Notes: a model not told the origin generated them from the letters alone. Shown: positions 22,861-36,599, numbered from the whole stretch's first letter. The stretch is DNA of 62,881 nucleotides, filler included, from Octopus bimaculoides (GCF_001194135.2; 7 parts of 7 records of this genome joined end to end with filler, not necessarily neighbours in it); one strand, 5' to 3'. Translations and numbers: made by a program.

Positions 22861-23146
22861 CAAACCACCAGCTCGCTAGAAAGTGGAAGTAAAACCCTCC
22901 AACTTAACCACCAATCTCACTGAAATTATGCAACGGACCAACAGAAATCGGGCAAGCGAGAGGAATTTAAAATACCATTTCAACTAAAAAGACGTTGAAT
23001 GATGTAACAGACGGCATTTTAGCTGAAATAAATATGTTAAATGCCGCTCGTTTGCCCGATTTCTGTTGGTCCGTTGCATATTTTCAGTGAGATTGGTCGT
23101 TAAGTTGGAGGGTTTTACTTCCACTTTCTAGCAAACTGGTGTTTCG
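22861..23146. mobile_element. 286-bp MITE with ~100-bp TIRs and TA flanks
   Basis: 22861-22960 is the reverse complement of 23047-23146; TA at 22859-60 and 23147-48. Confidence 0.85.
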
Positions 23147-23263
23147 TATACCCTCTAATATAATTATATATTTATTGTATAGCTGTTTAATGCGAATATC
23201 GTCTGCTGCCACTGATGTTATTATTGTTGTTATTATCAATTATTTAGATTTGCCGCAGATTAA

Positions 23264-23291
<28 letters not shown>

Positions 23292-23294
<3 letters not shown>

Positions 23295-23699
23295 CTACTC
23301 CAGAAGCAAGGGAAACTAATACAAATAGCCACAAAACACGAGCAAAACAAAAAACTGTTTTCAGTATTTAAGGAAGCTGACAAATACAAACAAGAAATCA
23401 ATCTACCTAACAAATACGAAGAAGAAGAAGAAGAAACAACAAAAGCTATAAAACAAATGAAATCCAAACTAAAACTAGAACAGCAACGGACCATGATAAA
23501 ACGATGGCAAGAAAAGCCCCTACATGGTAAATACTGGGCTAAACTAAATGCGAAAGAAATAGACAGAGAAAAATCCCAGCAATGGCTGAGAAACTCAGGA
23601 CTCAAAGCAGAGACTGAAGGATTTTTAATTGCTGCACAAGACCAAAGCCTCCCCACCAGAAATTACCAAAAACACATAATGAAAAGAAATATAACAAGT
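23292..23699 (+). mobile_element. R4/Dong-type non-LTR retrotransposon fragment (between RT and zinc knuckle)
   Basis: WQEKPLHGKY...WLRNSGLKAETEGFLIAAQDQSLPTRNY is a conserved R4/Dong segment; it begins right after (TAA)n and runs into a gap. Confidence 0.9.
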
Positions 23700-23799
23700 N
23701 NNNNNNNNNNNNNNNNNNNNNNNNNNNNNNNNNNNNNNNNNNNTTAATTAATTAANNNNNNNNNNNNNNNNNNNNNNNNNNNNNNNNNNNNNNNNNNNN

Positions 23800-24394
23800 G
23801 TGTGTGAATTCTTTTGTTCTTCTGTGAGCAAGCGAAGCACAAATTTTGCTGCAACTCTTTTCATTCGCAATTCCTCGCTCAAAATTCGTTGGTAGGTGCT
23901 CCAGGACACATTAGTCCTATCGAACGGTTTATTGATTGTTTGGTGACAACCTTCCAATATCAGTTCATAAATGTTCATGACGTTTTCATTCGTTCGGGAA
24001 GTCGACGATCGCCCTGAACGAGATTGGTATTCAAGCGATAAGTGATTATTCCTAAACGATAAAAATCACTCGTAAACTTGTTTTTGCTCCTGGCAGTGAT
24101 GCTATAAGATGTCTGAATCATGATAACTGTTTCGGCCGCCGTTTCCCCATCAGAAAACAGAATTTTGCGGAAGCACGCGGTTCCTTCGTTTCAGCTATTG
24201 CAAAAATCGACGAACACGGGAAAGAACTGCGTAACAAAGATGCACCACGTGGCAGTACGACACTAAATAATGACATCATTCGGCAGATTGATGCCTGAAG
24301 GTCGCATCAAGTGGCTTGTAGCGGTGGAAGCCTTAAAACTACAACAGGCTTGTCCGAGAGAGAACGTTTCCGGTTACTTTTAGGCATCACCTCG
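23800..24394 (-). mobile_element. Mariner 5' part (TIR plus transposase HTH), decayed
   Basis: SWSTYQRILSEELRMKRVAAKFVLRLLTEEQK; TIR cgaggtgatgcctaaaaagtaaccgg with TA. Confidence 0.85.
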
Positions 24395-26459
24395 TATATA
24401 AATGTGAAGTATACAGATTTCTAAAGATGTTTACGCGGTTTGGAAACATGCTTCCGACTTTTCTGGCTAAGTCGTTCTTTGAGGAACGCGAAAAATTTAT
24501 GCAGTGTTGAAAATTGTCATGACAAGTTCGTGCATATTCATAGGGAAGCAAAGTCACTGGTAACCCAAAGGTAGTTTTGAAATAGTTTTTGGTAAAGACA
24601 TAATTCTTCATGTTCGTATCTACATGCGCACATGTATATGAAGACCTGAAACAGCCACTAGCAGGTTACATCCCACACATGAAGGGTTATACGAACTCGT
24701 AAAAATTGTGTACTCCTATGATATACACAAACAAGCAATATACACATGTGCACGTAGATACATAGGTACATACATCTACATAGCCGTAAAAGTTTAAAAA
24801 ATTTTAATTAAAAAAAAATAGTTATGTATCATATTAATTTCTTTATTTGCACACTCCTACTTTAATTTAGATTCTTTCTTTATGTTCAGTCATAATTATT
24901 TATGTAATGTAATGTATTTTAACTTATTTGTAGTTTTTATTCTTACTTCTGTTTACACTTTTGTTTTATTTCTTATATTATTTAATAACTGTTTACAAAA
25001 TTCCATTCTCAAACACCATGCAGCACCTAACTTTTATCTATCTGCCAATACTGTTAAACTCTAACTTATAATTGTCATACATGATATTAATTAATTAACC
25101 ACAAACCTACAAAACAATACATTCTAAAACGTTAACTTTTCCAGCAGAATATATTTAGTTTCAAGACGCTTTGTAAAAGAGGTCGCATTCTCTATCATGC
25201 AATGTATTTCATCACACTCGCATTGACATTACAAACAAACGCTAAAAGGTAAGATATTCATAAAACACATGGAACCTACATTCATATGTACCCGCCAACA
25301 ACTCATAACCACAGTAATTGCATCAATATAAGGAAATCTCAATCTGCAGATTTCACACTTAATTTCCGATCTGTTGCTTAACACATGCACTGTGTAAAAT
25401 ACACTTATATGTTTATACATTGATCTGCATTTTATTTCTATTTTTGACAGCGGGAACTGCGCAATCGCAACTGTTGTACTTAACAAAAAAAAAAAAAGAA
25501 AGAAAGAAATTTAACTGAGGGTCAGTTTGGTGAAATACTGATTATCAGCTTCGGAAAATTCAATATTAAATAAAGGCCATCCATCCTTACTGTATAAACT
25601 TTCCATCACTTTTCCCTATACATACACGCATGCACACACGCGTGCACACACACACACACACACACACACACGTCCGCACGCCCGCACGCTCGCACGCCCG
25701 CACGCACGTAGCCACGCGGTTATGCACGTGCGTGCACAACCTCGGATATACGCACGTATGTAGAGAGAGAGAGAGAATAGGAAAGATAGGTGCAGATAGT
25801 GTGATACACTGACAGGCAGGTAGATTGGTATAACACCAATTATATAGTCAGTTTAGACATGTAAGTACACATACAAATGTTGCATTCACTTTTCTTGTCA
25901 TTCTAAATAGTAACACCTATTATGAAGTACCAAGAGAAGGAGTCGCTAACAATGTCACAGCATCAGTCGAATATTGGTTAGTGTCGTATCTTTTTAAACC
26001 TCTTGAGGTTTCTTTTCCTGCTCCTTGACTTCCTTAAATGTTTCATATTCTATCATTTCGTTCTTCTTTTCCTTTCCTTCTATATTTTAGTTAGCTTTGT
26101 TTTTATTGAATATTGGTGCTTAGGGTTTACTGTATACTTCTTATTGGTGTTTTATAGATGTGGTTTTTAGTTACATTCAAACGCACATTTCCTGTCTCAG
26201 CCTGCGATGAGCATTTATTTAATTTATTATCATTATTCTATTTTCGGTTAGTAATTGCAGTTATTAATAATATGTATGTCTCATGAGGGCTACTGCTGAA
26301 CATTTCGAGGCGTCGATCGTTATGAATTTATGAATTGTTACAAAGTATGCTTGAAATATCTTCTTTCCGTACAAATCTATTAATATATAATATTTGAAAA
26401 GTTGATGCTTATAACCGTTACGGTAAAAAAAACAACACTAAATATAATAAATGGGTAAA

Positions 26460-26572
26460 CATACTCACTACACACACACACATATAATAGTATATACACA
26501 CAAGCATATATGTATATAGATTATATAGATATACACACAGACACATACACACACATATATATATGTATATGA

Positions 26573-26648
<76 letters not shown>

Positions 26649-26725
26649 GTGTGTATATGCATATAAATACATATGAGTACAATCATATGTACGTGTGTAT
26701 AACACAAATATATATATATATATTT
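26460..26725. repeat. (TA)n/(CA)n compound microsatellite
   Basis: Direct reading. Confidence 0.9.
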
Positions 26726-27062
26726 ATGCTGAATTTGTGAACCATGGTGCATTGCTGTATTACGATTGCGACTGGTTTATTTCATACGCATTCAAATTGA
26801 TTCATTTATCTATTCTGACATTGTATCATAAGGATACTTAGATACGATATGCAGTATCTCGTAAGTGACCAAATTATTAGGAATCATTTCCTCACTACCC
26901 TCTAATGCACGTTCAATTTCTAGGACAGAAGATTACGTTCTGTCTTTATGCAACAGAACTCAATTCTCGTTGCTTAGTGCTGTGTACTGTCGTCTCCTGG
27001 ATCAATTTGAAAGAAATAAGTGCTTATGTATGTGCGTGCAAGTGTATATATATATATATATA

Positions 27063-27795
27063 TTGGGTCATACCATAACTAATGCAGTTTTTCTTATACT
27101 TCTTTTACGTTTCAAAATTAAGATGAACAGAGTTCAATTTTAAACTAAAATATACTCTCCTTCATTTTCTACAATGCTCTTCCATCTATCTGGTAGACTT
27201 ACAAGGCCCTTCTTCTAAAATTCACTTGTCCGTGACGAAAAAATTTCCTCTAGTACTGTTCAGACCTCGGCTACGAAATTCATATTTTTTCCGTCCAAAT
27301 GATTCAGAAGACTGCAGAATAAATAATAATCAGATGGAGCAATGTCCGGTGAATATGGTGGGTGGGGCATCGTTTCCTATTAAAACTGCTCCAGCTTTTC
27401 GAATGTCATCCTCGCTGTATATGGCCGAGCATTATCCTGTTGTAAAAACACCTTTCGTCTTGAAACCAAAGATGGTCGTTTTTCAAGTTGCTTGCAGTAG
27501 ATCTCCTTTTTATCGTTTGCTCTGGGTTTAAAGGTTCAAAGTGGACTAGACCTTTCATATCCCACCAAACAGATAACAATACCTCACGTGAGTGGAATCT
27601 TTCTTTAACCTGGGGTGCCGGTGTTTCTCCTTTCCGTACCCACTGCCTTCGGTGCTTGAAACTTTATAGAGAATCCATTTCTCGAACCAGTTTCTATTCA
27701 GTCCAAAAACGATTCATTTGTGAGACGTAACAGCGAAGAAGAGCACACATTCACTCTCTGCCTGCGGAAAGTTTGTGAGGACCCCATTGACTCAA
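27063..27795 (-). mobile_element. Mariner 3' half (DD34D catalytic region), decayed
   Basis: Minus strand VLLSVWWDMKGLVHFE, QDNARP, PHPPYSPDIAPSDYYLF; TIR ttgggtcataccataa after TA. Confidence 0.9.
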
Positions 27796-27799
27796 TTAG

Positions 27800-28215
27800 C
27801 TAACTTTTCCGATGGCACCCAGGTGTCGATGGATGGTTGAATGAACAAATCTAAGCTTTTCAGACTGTGGCCATGGTCGAGCAGCGCCTTTAGTCGAGCA
27901 AATTGACCACAGGACTTATTCTTTGTAAGCCTAGTACTTATTCTATCGGTCCTTTTTTGCCGAACCGCTAGGTTACAGGGACGTAAACACACTAGCATGG
28001 GTTGTCAAGCGATGTTGGTGGGACAAATACAGACACACAAACACATATATGCATATATACGACGGGCTTCTTTCAGTTTCCGTCTACCAAATCTACTCAC
28101 AAGATGTTGGTCAGCCCGAGGCTATAGTAGAAGACATTTGCCCAAGGTGCTACGCAGTGGGACTAAACCCGGACCATGTGGTTCGTAAGGAAGCTACTTA
28201 CCACATAGCCACTCC
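27800..28215 (-). mobile_element. SINE family A, full length
   Basis: Tail, short (CA/TA) middle, CORE-like cccaaggtgc and tRNA-like head. Confidence 0.85.
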
Positions 28216-28234
28216 TACGCCTATATATACATAT

Positions 28235-28304
28235 ATTATTATTGTTATTATCATTATTATTATTATTGCTATTATTATTATCATTATTATTATTATTATT
28301 ATCA

Positions 28305-28368
<64 letters not shown>
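28235..28368. repeat. (ATT)n microsatellite
   Basis: Direct reading. Confidence 0.95.
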
Positions 28369-28636
28369 AGACAGTATTGGGAAGTGCTCAAGCATTGCAC
28401 CTCAGTCATTAAGTATAAATATTTTTCACATTAAAGATGAGAAATCAAACAGGTTCAACAATTTAAAAACATTACAATATAAACCAAGCCAAAATGAGTA
28501 ATTATAATATATTTAAAGGATGATTCATTGAAAAGTTCCGTACAGGAACAATACTAGAAATATTCAATATCGTGGCAATACTAAACATTTCTCAATTACA
28601 AACACATCAATAGTATTAAAAATATCAGAGACATAT

Positions 28637-28993
28637 AGGCACAGGAGTGGCTGTGTGGTAAGTAGCTTGCCTTCCAACCACATGAGTCTGCGTTCAGTCC
28701 CACTAGGTGGCAACTTGGGCAAGTGTCTTCTACTCCAGCATAGGGCCGACCAAAGCCTTGTAAGTGGGTTTGGTTGNNNNNNNNNNTGTGTGTGTGTGTG
28801 TGTGTGTGTGTACCTGTGTTTGTTTCCCCGACATCGCTTGACAACAGATGCTGGTGTGTAAACTGACGGTTCGACAAAAGAGACCGGTAGAATAAGTACT
28901 AGGCTTCCAAAGAATAAGTCGTGGAGTTGATTTGTTCGACTAGAGGCGGTGCTCCCACACGGCCGCAGTGAAATGGCTAAAACAAGTAAAAGA
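28637..28993 (+). mobile_element. SINE family A, full length (tRNA head, CORE domain, internal microsatellite, tail)
   Basis: ggagtggctgtgtggtaag (A box), gttcagtccc (B box), cttgggcaagtgtcttctac (CORE-like), (TG)n, tail ending aacaagtaaaaga. Confidence 0.9.
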
Positions 28994-29447
28994 AATAAAT
29001 AAATAAAAACATATGTTTGACAAATTATGCACATCTATAAGAATACAGGAGAATATATATAAGCATATTAAAAGGAATTGTCCTACTTACTAAAAGACGT
29101 TAGGTTAGCAAACTGTGTTAGAAAAGATTACAAGGTGTCCAGTGTATAGTGTATAAAGTAATAAAATGTCCAGGGTATAATGTATAAAGAAATAATTCGT
29201 AGATCAAATACTGGTGTTTCTGTTATTTTTCAAGGTAAATATCAAATCAATTCTCCTATGGCCATTTCTGGAGAACAGTAATCTTTGTAAATAATAGAAG
29301 TTCACATCCAAAATTTTAGATAACTGCCTCAATCATCAGGGAGTATTACAAGGGGTCACATTTCGCTTAGTATTAGAAAACTTTCTTTAGTTCTCAGTTT
29401 TATATATATTTATACCTATGAGCAGATGATTTCTCATCTTTAATTTG

Positions 29448-29478
<31 letters not shown>

Positions 29479-29823
29479 NNNNNNNNNNNNNNNNNNNNNN
29501 NNNNNNNNNNNNNNNNNNNNNNNNNNNNNNNNNNNNNNNNNNNNNNNNNNNNNNNNNNNNNNNNNNNNNNNNNNNNNNNNNNNNNNNNNNNNNNNNNNNN
29601 NNNNNNNNNNNNNNNNNNNNNNNNNNNNNNNNNNNNNNNNNNNNNNNNNNNNNNNNNNNNNNNNNNNNNNNNNNNNNNNNNNNNNNNNNNNNNNNNNNNN
29701 NNNNNNNNNNNNNNNNNNNNNNNNNNNNNNNNNNNNNNNNNNNNNNNNNNNNNNNNNNNNNNNNNNNNNNNNNNNNNNNNNNNNNNNNNNNNNNNNNNNN
29801 NNNNNNNNNNNNNNNNNNNNNNN

Positions 29824-29838
29824 ACGCTCTTCCGATCT
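29824..29838 (+). other. Illumina adapter remnant
   Basis: acgctcttccgatct equals the 3' end of the TruSeq universal adapter and sits exactly at a contig edge. Confidence 0.9.
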
Positions 29839-31309
29839 TATATACGCAGAAATGTGCATGTGTGTCTTTGTGTGTCTATGTGAGTTTGTGATAGAGTGTG
29901 TACCTGTATACACGTACATGATATATGTCTATGTGCGTGCATGTATGAATTGGCGCTACGAAATAAATTTTCAAAGATTCAAAAATAAAAGTATTTTACA
30001 AATATACATTTAAATTTTTCGTCCAACTTTTTAGAAATTATTTGAAATACAAAACATAATCACAAGGATATTATATTTAGTAATTTTCAATCTCAACATT
30101 CTCAGAGAACTTCGGTGCCGGCGGGAAAGAAGTGAACGTTGCTTGAGTAACAAAAAATACGAGTGATATTATGTCTAAATTTTCCCAAACCAAACTCTGT
30201 TGATTGGGTAATGAGATTTTGTACGAGCTGCGGGCAAATCGTATAGAAACTTAACTTTGTAACAAGTACTGATAAATAGCAACCGAATTTTAAGTGATTA
30301 TAATTTTAGCTAGTTTTTATTTCTTGAGATAGAAACTTAGGCAATGAAAAAGAAATCCATGAAGTGTGTATAGCGTTGTGTGCAAATGGGCGAATGAGTT
30401 AAAAGTAAAATTTGTAAGAATAAGTCCAAAATGAGTGAAAGAAATTATATGAAACAGAAAATAAAACATTTAAATAAAGAAGTGTGAGAAAGAAAGGGGT
30501 AACGACTATGCTAATGAATACTTGTTACTATATTCTCAAGAGAAAAATAACTGTTGAGATTAATTGCATGAAAAAAAATTGATACGCCATTGATATTTAT
30601 ATAATAATTTTATTGAATAGAAAATACTCTTAATGTTATTTTCTTTCATTTTGTTTTGTTACATTTAGGTGTCTCATTTGCATCATTTTAATTTTTTGAG
30701 GCTAGTTCCAAGAAGTAAGGACGTTATTTTCAGACAGGAGTCCAATCCATAATGCTTTTCAAATATTAATCTCAAGTATAAGGTACTCAAAAGACCGATG
30801 ATGATGTTAAATATTACACGTAATAATCCAGCATGAAAGGTCAGGTGCTACCCTTTCGATCAGTTTTATATACTTTCTGTCTAAGGAAGTTTTGTGCCAG
30901 TATTTAAATGTAGTCATTTGCACTGTTAATTTTAGATACAACAAATTACGACGATAAATATTGTTGTTCGCTGACGAAATTTCAGATAATAGTCTATATT
31001 TAGAATATTCTAATATTTAAATATATGGAAGAATCTATAGCACGTCAGTATGACGGAATCAGTTGCACCTCAGAGGCGAGTGATATCAAGAGAGTTTTCC
31101 CTATTGCGAGATAGAAAAGTCCATCAGGCGTAAGAATAAGACATTATTTTGTTATACTTCAAACAGTATATGTACATACATACATACATACATACATACA
31201 TACATACATNNNNNNNNNNNNNNNNNNNNNNNNNNNNNNNNNNNNNNNNNNNNTTAATTAATTAANNNNNNNNNNNNNNNNNNNNNNNNNNNNNNNNNNN
31301 NNNNNNNNN

Positions 31310-31945
31310 GCCTGGCAGGTGTCTCAGAGCACCACAGCCTGGATCCGGTCGTCTCCTGCAACTGTCAGCAAATCCAAGTGAAGATGCAAGCCTATGAATA
31401 TCGGATGTTGGAATGTTCGGATGTTATTGAACAATGATTGTCTGAAATCTCGTACGGAGAGAGGATCCGCGCTTGTTGCAAAACAGTCACAGCGATGTGA
31501 TAAGGATGTTGTAGCGTTAACCGAAACAAGAATTCATGGAAAGGGGAATTTCGTTGAGAATTCTGCTGGGTATCATTTATTTTGGAGCGGTAGAGAGGTG
31601 ACCTCTAAGAGAGAATCAGGAGTGGGTTTTTCTAAAACTTGAGGAATTACCACGTGGTCATTCGGATCGTTTGTTGTCTTTAAGACTTCCATTAAGAAAT
31701 GGTCGCTATGCAATACTCATTAGTGCATAAGCTCCAATTATGAATTCATCAGAGGATGATAAGCTTGCCTTCTATCTATCACTAACAGAGATTATACGCA
31801 GTATCCCCTATGATGACAAAGTTGTCATTTTGGATGATTTTAATGCTCGTGTTGGTGCAGATTGGGAGATTTGAGGTATATTAGGAAAGCATGGGGTTGG
31901 GAGTTCCAACATTAATGGTTTACAACTGTTACAAATGCGCGTAGA
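31310..31945 (+). mobile_element. RTE (BovB-like) LINE 5' part, apurinic endonuclease domain, decayed
   Basis: MNIGCWNVR...VALTETRI...YHLFWSG...ESGVGF; downstream YATLISAYAP and ILDDFNARVG. Confidence 0.9.
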
Positions 31946-31954
31946 CATACATAT

Positions 31955-31985
<31 letters not shown>

Positions 31986-32811
31986 CATACATACATACAA
32001 GATTTATTTGGTATTTGAAATAGCTGTCATATATAATAACAGAATTTGTCAATAGAAATAAGGCATCGTTCTTAGATTCAGTTATCTTCCTGAAACTATT
32101 TTTACTAAGAAAAAAAATAATATATAACTCACACTTATGGTGTGTATGAGTATAATATAATGAATAATTTGGAATTTTATCGTACTTTAGTGAACAAAAA
32201 ACGTTTTCATAATTTTCTATAGGTGCAGGAATAACTATGTGGTTAAGATGCCCACTTTGAAAGCATATGGTTTCGTTTTCAGTCCCCAAGCGTGGTATTT
32301 TGGGCAAGCGGCATTCCGTCTACCTTTAGTTCTAATTCCACTGAGATCGTCTTTCCACTCTTTCGGAGTCGGTAAAATCAATGCCAGTTGAGCACTGGGT
32401 CTCATTTAATCGGCTTACCCACTTCCCCGAAAGCTGCTTGCATTGTGCCAAAATTTGAGAGCAATATTTTGCGTAAACTATTTTTTGGAAAATTTTGGCT
32501 TATAGAAAACAATGTTGGATTATTGTATTAACTCAAGTTGTACCGTCTAATGAGTTGATGCTTTCGTTTAGGTGATCCTTAACGCACAATGTTTAGTATT
32601 ACAGCATGACCTAAATGAAGATCAATTGTTGCTTTCAATACCAGGTTAAAATAATTAACCAAATTTAATTCTCTTAATTTCAATTGATTAATATCTGAAA
32701 TTTTAACGTATTACGTAGCGAACCGTCAGTGTTTGTGAAATATAACAAGATACTTATAAGCGAGCGAAAATTTCAAAAAGGATGTCTATTCGAATACACA
32801 CACACACACGC

Positions 32812-32842
<31 letters not shown>

Positions 32843-33534
32843 GAGTTACATGTATAAATTCGTACATAGTGCCCAGAAACCGATCAATATTAATTTGCAA
32901 GCCATTGATCATTCACTTTTTAAGTCATCCAAATGGATTTAACATCCAGCCCTCTGCTCGTGTCTAAAACGTATAATTCAAAAGGAAATTTCAATATCTT
33001 TTTTCCAGTTAACTATGTCGCAATACATTTTATAGTTTGGGTTATATGGTTATTTATATTAGTGGAAATTCTGTAATTTTTTGATCTTAGAATTGTTCTT
33101 TTCGTGGTGAGTTCTTTACTATTAATATAATTGACAGTTTCTTATGTTTCAAGCCTACGTTATTATATAGTTTGTACCACATGCACTAAATTTGATGATG
33201 TAGTACTTCGTTAGGACCCCACGTGTCGAAATTTTCTTCCCAGATCTGTAAACCTCTGGATTTCGTTCTTGCCATGTCTTCTGTCACTGAAATGCCTATG
33301 TTCAACATGAATGCCACCAATTTTTACGCTCCACCAAACTATTAATATTTCTTCTCGGAATATTAAGTTTTGTTTTTAAATAACGGACCCTTTGTTTTTT
33401 TAAACTAAAATTTCTATGGTCTAAAAAATGGAATTAAATATTATTTTTATGTATTGGTGTACCTTTAAACTAATAAAACATTTTTTTTACAGAATAATAG
33501 AATTATAATTTCTTTCATTAAAACTCTTTCTAAT

Positions 33535-34561
33535 ATGGAAGTATCCAAAGAGCATTTAAGGCACATAATGCTTTATGAGGACAAAAAGGAAAGTCTGCAG
33601 CGACTCGAAGCATACACTCAGTTAATGGGAAAGAATTCTTGAATGAAAGAACTTGCAGAAGATGGTTTTCAAAATTCAGAAGTGGAGATTTTAGCCTTGA
33701 AGAAACGAAGATCGAACAGGACGTCCAGTTGAGTTTGATGATAAACACCTTGAGGCATTACTTGAAGAAAATCCTGCATTATCAGTTGAAGAATTGGTAA
33801 TAAAGCTTAGATCACACCATACAACTGTTCATCGTCATCTTCGACAACTTGGAAAGGTTCCTAAACTTGGAAAATGGGTGTCTCATGAATTGTCCGAAAG
33901 CAACTGCAAATTCAGAGTTGACATCTACCTTCTCTCCATTCTCACGAACTCATTTCACCCTTTTTGGATAGACTAGTGACTGGTGACGAAAAATGGAACT
34001 TCTATCGAAATGTTAAACGTTGTAAACAGTGGCTTGGTAAAAGGAAAAAAAGCTCAACCACAACCGAGAAGGGAATTTCATGGGAACAAGGTTCTTTTCT
34101 CTATCTGGTGGGATTGCAAAAGAGTAATTCACTTTGAATTGTTACCACCTAATACAGCAATTAGAGCGTTTGAACCAAGCTTTAAAGAAAAAAAGACCTG
34201 CTTTAGTCAATCGAAAAGGAGTAATGTTTCATCAGGACAATGTGCGACCCCACACTGCAAAGATCACATCACAGTAGATCGAAGAGCTTAGTTAGGAAAA
34301 AAATATTCATCCACCTTATCCTTCCGACCTTTTTCCTTCAGACTACCATTTGTTTCGTAGTTTACAGAATCATTTGGGGGACATAACTTTCGCAAGCCAA
34401 AAGAGTTTTACATTGATGGGATTAAAGAGCTTGTAAATAGATGGAATGAAGACATAGATAATCAGGGAAAGTACATCGATTATTAAATTTCAATTAAATA
34501 TAACATTTGATCACTTGTTTTCTTTATTCAAAATTCGGACAGAACTTATGGGATGAGCTGA
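33535..34561 (+). mobile_element. Near full-length mariner transposase pseudogene with right TIR
   Basis: HLRHIMLYE, GKWVSHEL, VTGDEKW, SIWWD...HFELL, HQDNVRPH, HPPY.SDLFPSDYHLF; ends gaacttatgggatgagctgata; multiple frameshifts. Confidence 0.9.
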
Positions 34562-34674
34562 TAGTAATTTCAATTTATATTAATGTTACTGGTGAATATG
34601 TGGATATTTCGATATCAGTCTCATTGTTTCATTTCCGTCACATCAAGAAAATATTAAATTAGTAATACTAAGCA

Positions 34675-35012
34675 ATATTCTTTTCTACTCTAAGCACAGG
34701 GCCCGAAATTTTGGGGGAGGAAGTTAGTCGATTAGATCGACCCAGTACGCAACTGGTACTTAAATTATCGACCTCGAAAGGATGAAAAGCAAAGTCGACC
34801 CCGTGGAATTTGAATTCAGAACATAAAGACAGATGAAATACTGCTAAGAAGTTCGCCCGGCGTACTAACGTTTTTTTAATTTCATTATTGCCCACAAGGG
34901 GCTGAACATAGAGCAGACAAACAAGGACAGAGAAAGGGATTAAGTCGATTACATCGACCACAGTGCGTAACTGGTACTTAATTTATCGACCCCGAAAGGA
35001 TGAAAGGCAAAG
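34675..35012 (-). mobile_element. Dimeric Meta/MESC-like SINE
   Basis: Two cores joined by the gcccacaagggg tail junction, as at 15600-15625. Confidence 0.85.
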
Positions 35013-35391
35013 TTCTCAAATACTTATCACTGATGTATTTTTAAGATAGTTCGTGTAGATTTCGGTATAGACAATGTATTACACTATCTTATCATTTATT
35101 GTATACGCTATATGGAGATTTAATAACTTATTTCGCGTTCTTTTATATCGCAAATTCATGTAAAATTTACCGATAATTACAGGTTTCCAATGGATCAGTC
35201 CTTAGTTGCTCTCTTATTTTTATGACTACAAGAGTGACAAGTTATGTGTAGGCGGAGCAAATATCAAAAATGTGCAATGCATATATACACGNNNNNNNNN
35301 NNNNNNNNNNNNNNNNNNNNNNNNNNNNNNNNNNNTTAATTAATTAANNNNNNNNNNNNNNNNNNNNNNNNNNNNNNNNNNNNNNNNNNNN

Positions 35392-35428
<37 letters not shown>

Positions 35429-35535
35429 CTAACATATTCATCCTAATGAGTTCATACACTACTTTGTGGAGATTAATAATTTAAGAGATATAGATAGAAG
35501 CACAACTGGATTTAAACATGGTGAGACAAGATACT

Positions 35536-35700
35536 ATAACTCTTTAGCATTTAAACTGACCATATCCAGCCCAAATATTCTGCCTGTTTTTTGTTCAAAT
35601 TAGCCAAATCTGACCTTTCACACCTACCCTACAATACCATTTAAAAAATAAACTATCACATAATTGAAATCTTGAAGTTACAAGATAATGCATGACTTGT
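35536..35700. mobile_element. Possible piggyBac-like nonautonomous element end
   Basis: taactctttagcatttaaac may be a decayed TTAA-CCC terminus; no partner TIR found. Confidence 0.3.
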
Positions 35701-35717
35701 GTTTATCACAATTTCTT

Positions 35718-35754
<37 letters not shown>

Positions 35755-36599
35755 CACACAGTTGTCTAAGAATTCATAAGTCAGAAAAATAGGGCACTTA
35801 TATATTTCTCAACAGAGTGGGTATGTTTCCAAAACTGTCTTCTCTGAAGAGCATATATATTTAGAGAACCATACAGTTATCTGTTGCAAAACTGATTGGT
35901 AAGATTAGCCAAAATAGACCTGGTCGATTAAATAAGTACCAGTTACGCACTGGGGATCGATGTAATCAACTGAAACCTTTTGTCTGTCTTTGTTTGTCCC
36001 TTCTATGTTTAGCCCCCTGTGGGCAATAAAGAAATAAATATTATATATTTTGATTAACACACACACACACACAAGCAATGAGTTTTAACCTCTAAGACTC
36101 GGGAGTTCAAGGCAGTTAATGCTCCAATCACTAATGCACTCACAAGACACAAAATTTGGGGGTGAGAGTAAATATTGATTAAATGATCATCCAATACATA
36201 AGAGGTATGTTTTATTGATCTCTGAAGTACGAAAGGCAAAGACAACTACCTTGACAAAAACTGACTTGAAATCAAAGGAGAGCAGAATAACTGAATATCA
36301 CAAGGTATTTCTATCTAACATTGTCAATTCTGCAAGTGCACCATCTTTGACAAAATTAATAATATCTTTCTTTTTAACATAAACGAAGACAATCATAATA
36401 ATTTCTTATTTAGGCATCAAGTCAGCAACTTTAAAAGAAGGTGGCTAATTGAACATATTTTTTCCAATATTTGATTGGTATGTCATATTACTGAACCTTA
36501 AAAACTGAAAAGCAAAGCTGACCTTAGTAGGATTTGAACCAGAGATGTGCTTGCTAGTTGCTTGACTGTAACCAGTTCAACATGGCTGACAATATGAGC

